Source: Flavobacteriales bacterium (GTDB lineage: Bacteria; Bacteroidota; Bacteroidia; Flavobacteriales_C; GCA-002722245). From it: a DNA stretch of 64,000 nucleotides. The stretch is from contig JAYPYW010000001.1 in NCBI GenBank assembly GCA_038154685.1, positions 36,761-100,760 on the forward strand, given 5' to 3'. The notes under the pieces are model-generated. The model searched no databases. It saw nothing but the letters and a program-made list of their open reading frames with translations, and was not told where the DNA came from. A program made the translations under genes and the position numbers. Positions 9,466-18,383 of the stretch are shown here, piece by piece (position 1 is the stretch's first letter; each line of letters opens with the position of its first letter).

Positions 9466-11317
9466 AATCCTTTAATCTCGAGTAAAGAGATTTAGCTTGA
9501 ATTCTTTCTCTAATGGAATGAAATTGAATAATCAAACCAACAACCACAAAGGATACAATTAAAGAGAAGAAGGCATAATACAATGCAAAGTTTAACGAGT
9601 TAGCTAAAGCTGAGATGTCATCAACAAATGGTTTAACATGATCCAAAATAAACTCTGATAAGAAATCAATATTAAAAGTAGCATTAACGCCAAACACCTG
9701 CGAAAAAAGATAACCCACAACAAAAACAATTAACGGGATTACCATTTGTAATAGGAACATTCCTACGGATCCAAACCATGATTTAAACACCAAGTTAAGG
9801 CCTCCCTTTAAGTTAGAAGTGTGTTTTTCATCCTCATAAAATCCAGCGTAGGAAAATTGGAATATGAATGGAACCAATAAGATTCCAAAAAATATCATGA
9901 ATGATTTAGGCCACAACTGAACCAAAAGAACGAATAATATTGTTGGCCAAAGTTTTAAAACCCCAAAAGCACTAAATTTCAAATACTCGATAATTCTAAA
10001 TTCTTGTTGTTTTCTGTATAAATAAACCGCATAATAAACGGCTAAGAATAAAGGAATCACCAATCCCAAAGATGCAAAATAATGAAACCCTGTAGCACCT
10101 TCTCCTCCCAAAACTTCTTTGATATTCACCCACCAATAAAGCTCCTGGTTATAACTTTCGTGATTAAAAAAATGGAGCGCTGGAATTAAAAGCATCAAAG
10201 GAAAACAAAAAAGCATCCAACCCTTAAAAAAATTACTAAACGATTGCCTATAAAGGTTAAGTGAATCGTTAAAAATCTCTCCAACCTCTCTTACTTTTTC
10301 TAATGCAATAGTTTTGTTTTTAACGTGTGGAATATCATCGTTAAAAACAAAATGACCTGGTTTAATTTTAGTGCGATAAAGGTAAATGGGATACGCCACG
10401 AAAAAAAAACAAATAAATGCTAAAGAACCCAAAACTATGATATACTTAAAAGCCATTGGCATTCCCGTATACCTAGTTACGCTCCCTTCGATAAACCCCG
10501 AAAAGATTAAAATGAAAACACAACTTAACGCAATTTTAAAACTTCTTTTTGCTGATATTCTTAATGATTGTAATCGGGTATATGTTCCAGGAAACAACAA
10601 ACCTCCTCCTAGGACTAACCCTGCTCCTCCCGCAATAATGATAGTTGCTATTTCCAAAACCCCATGAATCCAAATGATCCACATAGCCTCTGATAAAACT
10701 CCTTTGTGGTAGAGGTAATAATGGAAGGTCCCCAACATAATTCCGTTATGTACCATTATAATTACAGGAGGAACTCCAGCTGCAATTCCGGTAATATAAG
10801 TCCGGGATGCAACCATGGTATTATTGTAAGTAATATTAAAGCTCGACCATGCTGAATTACCATGCTGATGATAAACAGCCATTGGATCTCCATTGGCAAT
10901 ATTCTCATCTGTCATTGAAATATATCTTTCCCCCATAATTTGAGTCGCGTAATCGATATCATTAGCAGTAGATACAATTCCAACCATCATGGAGCTCATA
11001 AAAATGAAAAGTGCAAGTACCATAGCTTTCCAGCTTCTTGCAAACTCCACTGGTAAACCATGCGTCCAAAAATTAATAAACTTTTTTATCCTAACCTTTC
11101 GGTTACGGTTAACTTTTAGAAATACTAACTGGGAAAGGTAATTTAGGTAAACTCTAACTGATCTTTTTGCATAAAAAGTCCTCGAATAACTCAAGTCATC
11201 AGTGATTTCCACAAACAAATCTGTCAGTTTATCTGGATCAGCATTTTCATTTTGCTGCATCTGCTCAAACTTCTTCCAGCTTTTCTTTTTTTGTTTTATA
11301 AAAGTGGTTTCCCTCAA
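9416..11317 (-). CDS. Polytopic membrane protein, SpoIIM-like (DUF95) N-terminal half plus about 300-aa additional multi-TM C-terminal domain
   Basis: Residues about 90-330 resemble 'stage II sporulation protein M'/DUF95 (GxxxGxxxG-rich helices, RYTGM motif). 633 aa is about twice the usual size. The 3' end overlaps the next gene by 50 nt. Confidence 0.6.
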   Translation of the reverse strand: MRETTFIKQKKKSWKKFEQMQQNENADPDKLTDLFVEITDDLSYSRTFYAKRSVRVYLNYLSQLVFLKVNRNRKVRIKKFINFWTHGLPVEFARSWKAMVLALFIFMSSMMVGIVSTANDIDYATQIMGERYISMTDENIANGDPMAVYHQHGNSAWSSFNITYNNTMVASRTYITGIAAGVPPVIIMVHNGIMLGTFHYYLYHKGVLSEAMWIIWIHGVLEIATIIIAGGAGLVLGGGLLFPGTYTRLQSLRISAKRSFKIALSCVFILIFSGFIEGSVTRYTGMPMAFKYIIVLGSLAFICFFFVAYPIYLYRTKIKPGHFVFNDDIPHVKNKTIALEKVREVGEIFNDSLNLYRQSFSNFFKGWMLFCFPLMLLIPALHFFNHESYNQELYWWVNIKEVLGGEGATGFHYFASLGLVIPLFLAVYYAVYLYRKQQEFRIIEYLKFSAFGVLKLWPTILFVLLVQLWPKSFMIFFGILLVPFIFQFSYAGFYEDEKHTSNLKGGLNLVFKSWFGSVGMFLLQMVIPLIVFVVGYLFSQVFGVNATFNIDFLSEFILDHVKPFVDDISALANSLNFALYYAFFSLIVSFVVVGLIIQFHSIRERIQAKSLYSRLKDFGSKNNLFEQADEGDY

Positions 11318-11402
11318 TCCAATTTAATTAAGGGTTAAAAATCTTGTTTATCCATCGGAATGCAAAATTATTTGTATTATTTATTCTTAATTTGGCACCT
11401 AA

Positions 11403-12149
11403 ATGCGAACAATCAGTATAAATACCACTCAAAACGTAGCTATCGATTATGAATTAGCTGGTATTATGGAAAGAATCCTTGCTTTCCTGCTGGACACGGT
11501 AATTGTTGTTGCATACATAGTGATTGTTTCTACGTTCTCACTTTTAGGAGGTTTAATCAGCTTTGATGATGGAGGAATTGGCTCTTTCATTGTTTCGGTA
11601 ATATTCATTTTCCCAGTTTTTATTGCTTATCACTTATTTTGTGAAGCCTTATGGAACGGACAATCAATTGGGAAAAAGGCATTAGGAATTAAAGTAGTTA
11701 AATGTAATGGTCAGCAAATGGACATGGGCGATTACGGAAAAAGATGGATGTTTAGACTTTTAGATATCCTTTTATCTGCGGGCTCTGTTGCTGTACTAAC
11801 CATTTTAAGTAATGACTATAATCAAAGATTAGGAGATATTGTTGGAGATACATGTGTTGTAAAAACCCGACCAACAAATCAGATTTCTATTAAGGATATT
11901 CTTAAAATAAAATCGCAAGAAAATTACGAACCCAAATACGAAGGAGTTGTGCGGTTTACAGAAGAAGATATGTTGTTACTAAAAAACACACTCGATCGTG
12001 CAAAATCTACTCCTAATGATCACTACAGAAAACTACTTGCTGAACTTACAGAGAAAATTTGCAAGGAGTTAGAAATCACAAAAATCCCTAAAAAGAGAAC
12101 AGCTTTTCTTAAAACTATTTTGAACGATTACATTGTTCTTACTAGATAA
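11403..12149 (+). CDS. RDD family membrane protein
   Basis: R..D..D pattern in MERILAFLLDTVIVVAYIV...GKKALGIKVV, with three TM helices. Divergently transcribed from the MoxR cluster. Confidence 0.75.
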   Translation: MRTISINTTQNVAIDYELAGIMERILAFLLDTVIVVAYIVIVSTFSLLGGLISFDDGGIGSFIVSVIFIFPVFIAYHLFCEALWNGQSIGKKALGIKVVKCNGQQMDMGDYGKRWMFRLLDILLSAGSVAVLTILSNDYNQRLGDIVGDTCVVKTRPTNQISIKDILKIKSQENYEPKYEGVVRFTEEDMLLLKNTLDRAKSTPNDHYRKLLAELTEKICKELEITKIPKKRTAFLKTILNDYIVLTR

Positions 12150-12152
12150 AAA

Positions 12153-12295
12153 GCCGCCCGCTAATCCCAAAAATCCTTTCTTTAAAGCAAAGCTTTAATG
12201 ACCAGGGTCAAGTACTTTTAAAGTAAAACAACTTTGTAGTTTGATTAAAGATTTATGGGATTCACGGGATCTGCGGGCGACATTTTAATTTTTTC
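12153..12295 (+). other. Structured intergenic element: nested long-range stems closed by GCCGCCCGC/GCGGGCGAC and followed by a U-tract (elaborate terminator of the RDD gene or a small structured RNA)
   Basis: GCCGCCCGC (12153-12161) pairs with GCGGGCGAC (12274-12282), 8 of 9 positions. Nested AATCCCA/TGGGATT stem. Internal hairpins TTAAAGC-AAA-GCTTTAA and ACTTT/AAAGT. Followed by ATTTTAATTTTTT. Confidence 0.25.
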
Positions 12296-12448
12296 CGTAA
12301 TTTTGTCGTCCACTTATGAATGGTGTATCTCAACATATCATTGCAACAAACATTCTTTTAAGGATAAGGATGCGCAGGAGCTCTAAGGCATAATCACCTG
12401 TAAATCAAATTCATTATCCTAAAAAATCACTATTTAAAACATAAAAGA

Positions 12449-12988
12449 ATGGCAGTAGATATTCAAGTAGCAAACCAAGAACATACAAAGTACGCAAGTA
12501 AAATTGTAACTATGATTGAAGATGCTGCGCAAAAGCGCGGTACTGGAATTGCTAAAAGGAAGCCTGAATACATCGTTCAAAAAATGGAAGAAGGAAAAGC
12601 TATTATCGCTTTGGACGGGGAAACTGTTGCTGGCTTTTGCTACATAGAATCGTGGGGACATGATAAATATGTTGCTAACTCAGGATTAATTGTCAATGAG
12701 GAGTATCGTGGACAAGGTTTATCCAAAAAAATCAAGAAAACTGCTTTCGATCTTTCAAGAGAAAAATTCCCAAATGCAAAGCTTTTCGGTTTAACAACCT
12801 CTCTTCCAGTGATGAAAATCAATTCTGAATTAGGATATCGCCCAGTTACTTTTAGTGAATTAACAGACGACGAACAATTCTGGAAAGGTTGTCAGAGCTG
12901 TGTAAATTACGACATCCTCACTCGTACAGAAAAAAAGCATTGCCTTTGTACAGGGATGCTCATGGATCCCGATAAGGAAAAAAAGTAG
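12449..12988 (+). CDS. GNAT family N-acetyltransferase
   Basis: GNAT core EEYRGQGLSKKIKKTAFD (Q/RxxGxG/A acetyl-CoA site), 179 aa. May be the arg-cluster-associated GNAT of Bacteroidota, but a reverse-strand gene separates it from argG. Confidence 0.75.
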   Translation: MAVDIQVANQEHTKYASKIVTMIEDAAQKRGTGIAKRKPEYIVQKMEEGKAIIALDGETVAGFCYIESWGHDKYVANSGLIVNEEYRGQGLSKKIKKTAFDLSREKFPNAKLFGLTTSLPVMKINSELGYRPVTFSELTDDEQFWKGCQSCVNYDILTRTEKKHCLCTGMLMDPDKEKK

Positions 12989-13008
12989 GAAGATTAATAA
13001 ATTCATAT

Positions 13009-14073
13009 TCAACTCCTAGCAAAAATTACCTTGTCGCCCTTTAACCTAATTGGTGAATCAAAATTTTGCTCGAAAAGCTGTCCTGTACCTAAACCTTGAG
13101 GTAATTTAGCAATCATATTTTGCGAAAACTGAGCAATAGCGTTTAAAGCTATATTTCCTTCTAACGCAGATGTTGTCCACCAACCAATATTTAGTTTTTC
13201 AGCCAAATTAATCCACTCATTACATGATTTAATCCCACCTAATAAACTTGGTTTTAAGATGATATACTGAGGTTTAATCGACATCAAAAGTGCTTGTTTT
13301 TCTTCGTATGTTTTGATTCCTATTAGCTCTTCATCCAAAGCTATTGGAACAGGAGTTTCAGCACACAATTCGGCCATCTTTTCCTTTTGACCAGCCATTA
13401 TAGGTTGTTCGATAGAATGAATTTTTAAGTCTGCTAAAACGCTCAATTTATCCATCGAATTCTCAGGAGAAAAAGCACCATTTGCATCAACTCTTAATTC
13501 AATTTCTTCCGCGGAGAATCTACTTCTAATATTCTGCAATAACTGCTTTTCTTCTTCCCAATCGATTGCACCAATTTTTAACTTAACACAATTAAAACCT
13601 ACAGCTAATTTCTCCTCAATTTGCTGGGACATATAATCAAAATCACCCATCCAAATCAATCCATTAATCTGGATTTCGGTTTTACCCTCAGTAAACTCCC
13701 CAGGAAAAATAATCTGTTTACCTCCGTTTTGCAGATCCAACAATGCCGTTTCTAAACCAAATTGAATACTTGGATAATCTGATAATTCATTTGAAGCAAT
13801 TATCTGATCCCAACGATTAATATTAGCACATACCCAATCTAATTTTTCTGAATAAGATTCCTTAGGGTCAATACTTAAAGTCCAAAGCGGAGAACACTCC
13901 CCTATTCCAAAAGTCTCAACTTCTCCATCCGAATATCCAACTTTTAAAAGATAAGTATCCTTTGTTTTGAAGGTTTCACGAGAAGTTTTAGCTGGTCTCT
14001 TAAATATCAAATCATGCTTTTCCCACGTCGCTTTAAGTGGTTTGTTTTGTAAGGAAATTTGGGCTTCGAACAT
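13009..14073 (-). CDS. Enolase-superfamily enzyme (mandelate racemase/muconate lactonizing family; o-succinylbenzoate synthase or dipeptide epimerase-like)
   Basis: KxK catalytic pair in CVKLKIGAIDWEEE; metal-ligand acidic residues in RVDANGAF and ALDEEL. 354 aa. Confidence 0.7.
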   Translation of the reverse strand: MFEAQISLQNKPLKATWEKHDLIFKRPAKTSRETFKTKDTYLLKVGYSDGEVETFGIGECSPLWTLSIDPKESYSEKLDWVCANINRWDQIIASNELSDYPSIQFGLETALLDLQNGGKQIIFPGEFTEGKTEIQINGLIWMGDFDYMSQQIEEKLAVGFNCVKLKIGAIDWEEEKQLLQNIRSRFSAEEIELRVDANGAFSPENSMDKLSVLADLKIHSIEQPIMAGQKEKMAELCAETPVPIALDEELIGIKTYEEKQALLMSIKPQYIILKPSLLGGIKSCNEWINLAEKLNIGWWTTSALEGNIALNAIAQFSQNMIAKLPQGLGTGQLFEQNFDSPIRLKGDKVIFARS

Positions 14074-14151
14074 ATTACAAATATAATTGTGATTTACATA
14101 ACGTATCTATCTATCAAGAAATACCTCAAAATCCACTAAAATTCGGTAATT

Positions 14152-15384
14152 TTGCACCACTTAAAGCCATTTTCGTGGCGCAAAAATTATAAAATGAAAA
14201 AAGTAGTTTTAGCATACAGTGGAGGTTTAGATACAACTTACTGTGTAAAGTATTTGGGTGATTTGGGTTATGAAGTACATGCTGTGTTAGTTGATACAGG
14301 TGGATTTAGCCAAGAAGAGTTAGACTTTGTTGAAAAGAGGGCTAACACAATTGGATTAGCTTCATACAAAGCAATCAGGGTTACTCAGGAGTTTTACGAT
14401 AAGTGTATTAAGTACTTAATCTTTGGGAATATTTTAAAGAATAACACTTACCCATTATCGGTAAGTGCTGAGCGTATTTTCCAAGCTGTTGCTATTGCTC
14501 AATATGCGAAAGAATTAAAGGCTGATGCTATTGCTCACGGTTCAACTGGTGCTGGGAATGATCAAGTTCGTTTTGATATGGCTTTCCACATCATCTACCC
14601 TGAAGCAGAAATCATTACTCCAATCCGTGACAACAAATTATCACGTGAGGAAGAGATTGAATTCTTAGAGAAGCATGGTGTTGAAGGAGACTGGAGTAAA
14701 GCTGCATACTCAATTAATAAAGGAATTTGGGGAACATCTGTAGGAGGTAAAGAAACTTTAACTTCTCATGAGTTCTTACCAGAAGAAGCTTTCCCATCAC
14801 AAATTCAGAAACACGATTCTGAGGAAGTTGAGTTAACATTCAAGCAAGGTGAGGTTGTTGGAATTAATGGAGAAGAGTTAGATCCTGTTTCTGCAATTAA
14901 CAAATTAAACGAAATTGCTTGTCAGTACGGAATTGGAAGAGACGTTCACGTTGGTGATACAATTGTTGGGATTAAAGGAAGAGTTGGTTTTGAAGCTGCT
15001 GCACCATTAATTATCATCAAAGCTCACCATACTTTAGAAAAGCACACATTAGCTAAGTGGCAGTTATATTGGAAAGAACAGTTAGCTAACTGGTACGGAA
15101 ACTTATTACATGAGGGTCAATACTTAGATCCAGTAATGAGAAACATTGAGACTTTCCTTCAGGATACTCAAAAGTATGTTACTGGAACAGCTAGAATAAA
15201 ATTATCACCGAATCACTTCCAAGTTTTAGGAATTGAAAGTAAGCACGACTTGATGAACAGCTCAGCTGCTCAATATGGTGAGATGAATAAGCTTTGGGAC
15301 GGAAATGATGTTAGAGGATTCTCTAAAATCGCTGCAGTTCCAAACATTATTTTTAATGCAGTTAATGGTTCAATCCTAGACTAA
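14152..15384 (+). CDS. argG: Argininosuccinate synthase (likely true start at Met 14194, MKKVVLAYSGG)
   Basis: PP-loop AYSGGLDTT, and the ArgG pattern is conserved throughout. Confidence 0.9.
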   Translation: MHHLKPFSWRKNYKMKKVVLAYSGGLDTTYCVKYLGDLGYEVHAVLVDTGGFSQEELDFVEKRANTIGLASYKAIRVTQEFYDKCIKYLIFGNILKNNTYPLSVSAERIFQAVAIAQYAKELKADAIAHGSTGAGNDQVRFDMAFHIIYPEAEIITPIRDNKLSREEEIEFLEKHGVEGDWSKAAYSINKGIWGTSVGGKETLTSHEFLPEEAFPSQIQKHDSEEVELTFKQGEVVGINGEELDPVSAINKLNEIACQYGIGRDVHVGDTIVGIKGRVGFEAAAPLIIIKAHHTLEKHTLAKWQLYWKEQLANWYGNLLHEGQYLDPVMRNIETFLQDTQKYVTGTARIKLSPNHFQVLGIESKHDLMNSSAAQYGEMNKLWDGNDVRGFSKIAAVPNIIFNAVNGSILD

Positions 15385-15396
15385 AAACAACAAACT

Positions 15397-16374
15397 ATGA
15401 TTACAGTTGGAGTTGCCGGAGGGGCAGGATATACAGGAGGAGAATTACTTCGAATCATCATTAACCACCCTGAGGTTGATATAAAATATGTTTACAGTAC
15501 ATCTCAAGCTGGTAATCCAGTTTATGCAACTCACAAAGATTTATTAGGGGAAACTAATTTAGTTTTTACTGATAAATTAGTTGAAGTTGATGTACTTTTC
15601 TTGTGTTTACCACATGGGACGTCAAAGACTTTCTTAGAAGAGAATACAATCTCGGAAAGCACAAAAATTATTGATTTAAGTACAGATTTCCGTCACTCGA
15701 TCGAAGAGTTCGAAAGTGATAAAAGCGGATTTGTATACGGTTTACCTGAGTTCCAAAAAGAGGTTATCAAAGGAGCAACAAAAATTGCAAACCCTGGATG
15801 TTTTGCGACAGGAATTCAGTTTGCTTTATTGCCGTTAGCAAAAGCTGGATTAATTAAGGAAGATATTCATGTTAGTGCAGTAACTGGTTCTACAGGAGCT
15901 GGACGCGTACCAACTGACACTTCTCACTTCTCATGGAGAAACGGAAACATTTCTGTTTACAAGCAATTTAATCACCAACACTTAAAGGAGATTAAAGCAA
16001 CATTAAAGCATTTACAACCGTCATTTGATCAGGCAGTAAACTTCGTTCCATTTAGAGGGAATTTTACGCGTGGAATTTTAGCAAGCGTTTACACAAAGTT
16101 TGATGGGACATTAGAAGAAGCGAAGAAATTGTACGCCGATTTTTACGCTGATGCACCTTTCGTTCATTTTATAGAAAAGGGATTAGACTTAAAACAAGTA
16201 GTAAATACGAACAAATGTTTATTACAAGTTGAATTGCATGATGGGAATATATACATCCAAAGTGCGATCGATAACTTATTAAAAGGAGCATCTGGTCAGG
16301 CAGTTCAAAACATGAATTTATTATTTGGATTAGACGAGAGAACAGGATTGAGACTAAAAACAGTTGCTTTTTAA
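15397..16374 (+). CDS. argC: N-acetyl-gamma-glutamyl-phosphate reductase
   Basis: NAD-binding GVAGGAGYTGGELLR and catalytic Cys in NPGCFATG. Confidence 0.9.
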   Translation: MITVGVAGGAGYTGGELLRIIINHPEVDIKYVYSTSQAGNPVYATHKDLLGETNLVFTDKLVEVDVLFLCLPHGTSKTFLEENTISESTKIIDLSTDFRHSIEEFESDKSGFVYGLPEFQKEVIKGATKIANPGCFATGIQFALLPLAKAGLIKEDIHVSAVTGSTGAGRVPTDTSHFSWRNGNISVYKQFNHQHLKEIKATLKHLQPSFDQAVNFVPFRGNFTRGILASVYTKFDGTLEEAKKLYADFYADAPFVHFIEKGLDLKQVVNTNKCLLQVELHDGNIYIQSAIDNLLKGASGQAVQNMNLLFGLDERTGLRLKTVAF

Positions 16375-16404
16375 TTCAATCACAAACTTTTTAATTCAAC
16401 CAAA

Positions 16405-17532
16405 ATGAAATTATTTGATGTATATCCGTTATTCCCAATCGAGCCAGTAAAGGCTTCGGGAGCTTATGTATACGATAAGCACGGAACAGAATATTTAGAT
16501 TTTTATGGCGGACACGCAGTAATATCCGTAGGGCATTCACACCCAACATATGTTGAGAAGATTACTAGCCAATTAAACAATATTGGTTTTTATTCTAACT
16601 CTGTAATCAATAACCTACAAGTAAACCTAGCTGAGCAATTAGGTAGAGTTTCAGGTTATGAAGATTACAACTTATTCTTATGTAACAGTGGAGCGGAGGC
16701 AGTTGAAAATGCCTTAAAAATGGCAAGTTTTCACAACTGTAAGACGAAAATTTTAGCTTTCGAAAAAGGATTCCACGGAAGAACTTCGGGAGCGCTTCAA
16801 GTTACTGATGGACCAAAAATAAAATCTGCATTTAACGGAAGTATTACTACTGAATATCTTCCTTTAAATGAATTAGGTCCTGTAGAGGAAGCTTTGGAAG
16901 AGGGTGATGTTGCAGGAATTATAGTTGAAGGTATTCAGGGTGTTGCCGGAATTATTGAGCCAACAAATGAATTCTTGCAAGGCTTAAGAGACTTAGCGAA
17001 TAAGTTTGGAGTTGTTTTAATCTTAGATGAAGTTCAGAGTGGATTTGGACGTACTGGAGATTTCTTCGCTCATCAACACGCTGGAATCAAGGCTGATGTT
17101 ATTACAATGGCAAAAGGGATGGGTAATGGTTTCCCAATTGGTGGAATCATTTTAAGCCAGGATTTCAAAGCTAGTTATGGTTTACTAGGTACTACATTCG
17201 GTGGAAACCATTTGGCATGTGCTGCTTGTTCAGCAGTGCTTGATGTAATCGAAAATGAAAAGTTGTTGGAAAATGCTAAATCGCAAGGTGAGTACCTAAT
17301 CCAAGAGCTTTCAAAAATAGATGGTATTGAAACCATAACAGGTCGTGGATTAATGTTAGGTTTAGTGGTAAAAGGAGATGGAAAAGCGTTGCGTTCTGCT
17401 CTTCTAACTAAGCACAACATTTTCACTGGGGGTTGTGCTAATCCAAGTATTCTTCGATTATTACCTCCTATGAACATTACTCAAAAAGAGAGTAATAAAT
17501 TGATCAATGCAATCAAAGCCGAATTAGCTTAA
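16405..17532 (+). CDS. argD: Acetylornithine (or succinylornithine) aminotransferase, class III PLP aminotransferase
   Basis: LILDEVQSGFGRTG, and the PLP lysine in ITMAKGMGNGFP. Confidence 0.8.
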   Translation: MKLFDVYPLFPIEPVKASGAYVYDKHGTEYLDFYGGHAVISVGHSHPTYVEKITSQLNNIGFYSNSVINNLQVNLAEQLGRVSGYEDYNLFLCNSGAEAVENALKMASFHNCKTKILAFEKGFHGRTSGALQVTDGPKIKSAFNGSITTEYLPLNELGPVEEALEEGDVAGIIVEGIQGVAGIIEPTNEFLQGLRDLANKFGVVLILDEVQSGFGRTGDFFAHQHAGIKADVITMAKGMGNGFPIGGIILSQDFKASYGLLGTTFGGNHLACAACSAVLDVIENEKLLENAKSQGEYLIQELSKIDGIETITGRGLMLGLVVKGDGKALRSALLTKHNIFTGGCANPSILRLLPPMNITQKESNKLINAIKAELA

Positions 17533-17552
17533 TGATTCTTTAGATAAACTTT

Positions 17553-17579
17553 AAGGCACTCGAATGAGTGCCTTTTTTG
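17553..17579 (+). terminator. Rho-independent terminator after argD
   Basis: AAGGCACTC-GAAT-GAGTGCCTT hairpin followed by TTTTTTG. Confidence 0.75.
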
Positions 17580-17640
17580 TTATCAACAGATTAGACAGAA
17601 TCCTTTTTATCTTATAATCTTAATAATCCTTTGAAAAGAA

Positions 17641-17850
17641 ATGGAACAAGACGAAACTGACGGAAGATATAGGAGAAATGTTAAGTTTGGATACGAAGTA
17701 GAAATCGTACAAAAACATCATCAACGAACGGGGGAGCTAACCCAAGGAACAGTAAAGAAACTACTTACAAAATCTCAGCACCATCCCCATGGAATAAAAG
17801 TTATGTTAACAGATGGGAAAGTAGGGCGCGTTAAAAACGTATTACTTTAA
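17641..17850 (+). CDS. YwbE-like small protein (DUF2196)
   Basis: 69 aa; GYEVEIVQKHHQRTGELTQG...GIKVML.DGKVGRV pattern typical of the YwbE family. Confidence 0.6.
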   Translation: MEQDETDGRYRRNVKFGYEVEIVQKHHQRTGELTQGTVKKLLTKSQHHPHGIKVMLTDGKVGRVKNVLL

Positions 17851-18371
17851 CAACACCCACTACCAGGTGTACAAACGTTTTCAGATGAAGCTTGGATCGT
17901 TTTCAATTGAACTTTTGGCTTTTCTTCCCTAGCTGGAGGGGCGCAACATGCAGAAGCATCCTCTGAAGCATATTTAGGATCGTTAAACTCAACGTCTTCA
18001 TGGAAGTAATAAACTTCCCATTGAATTCCATCAGGATCGGTTACCCAAAATTTATCTTGAACTGCGTAACAACAGGAAGTTCCTATTTCTTCTTTAGTTG
18101 TTAACCCTAATAAATTAGCAACCTCTAATCGATCCTTCATTTCTTCATGAGTCGCAACTTGAAACCCTAAATGACCAAAATTAGATTGTACTCTTTCTGG
18201 ATTTTGAATAAAAGAAATAATCAAAGCAGGTTCGTTTAACTCATATTTAGCATATCCTTCTTTTACCTTCGATGGTAAAACCCCAAAAAAGGCGGTATAA
18301 AATTGAACCGACTTCCCTAAATCACTTACGTATAGGGAAACATGCATTCTAGGAAATTTATTCTCACTCAT
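17847..18371 (-). CDS. arsI: ArsI/CadI-family glyoxalase-fold protein (putative organoarsenical C-As lyase) with vicinal Cys pair and Cys-rich C-terminal tail
   Basis: VOC/glyoxalase fold (MHVSLYVSDL...FGHLGFQV). Vicinal cysteines in GTSCCYAVQD, as in ArsI. C-terminal ...ACCAPP...CTPGSGCC. Immediately downstream of arsR. Confidence 0.65.
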   Translation of the reverse strand: MSENKFPRMHVSLYVSDLGKSVQFYTAFFGVLPSKVKEGYAKYELNEPALIISFIQNPERVQSNFGHLGFQVATHEEMKDRLEVANLLGLTTKEEIGTSCCYAVQDKFWVTDPDGIQWEVYYFHEDVEFNDPKYASEDASACCAPPAREEKPKVQLKTIQASSENVCTPGSGCC

Positions 18372-18383
18372 CTTTCTTCACTT

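Noticed and set aside
10386-10667. 93-aa plus-strand ORF inside the SpoIIM-like gene
   Set aside because: Antisense to a polytopic membrane gene; its amino-acid composition reflects the complement of hydrophobic codons.
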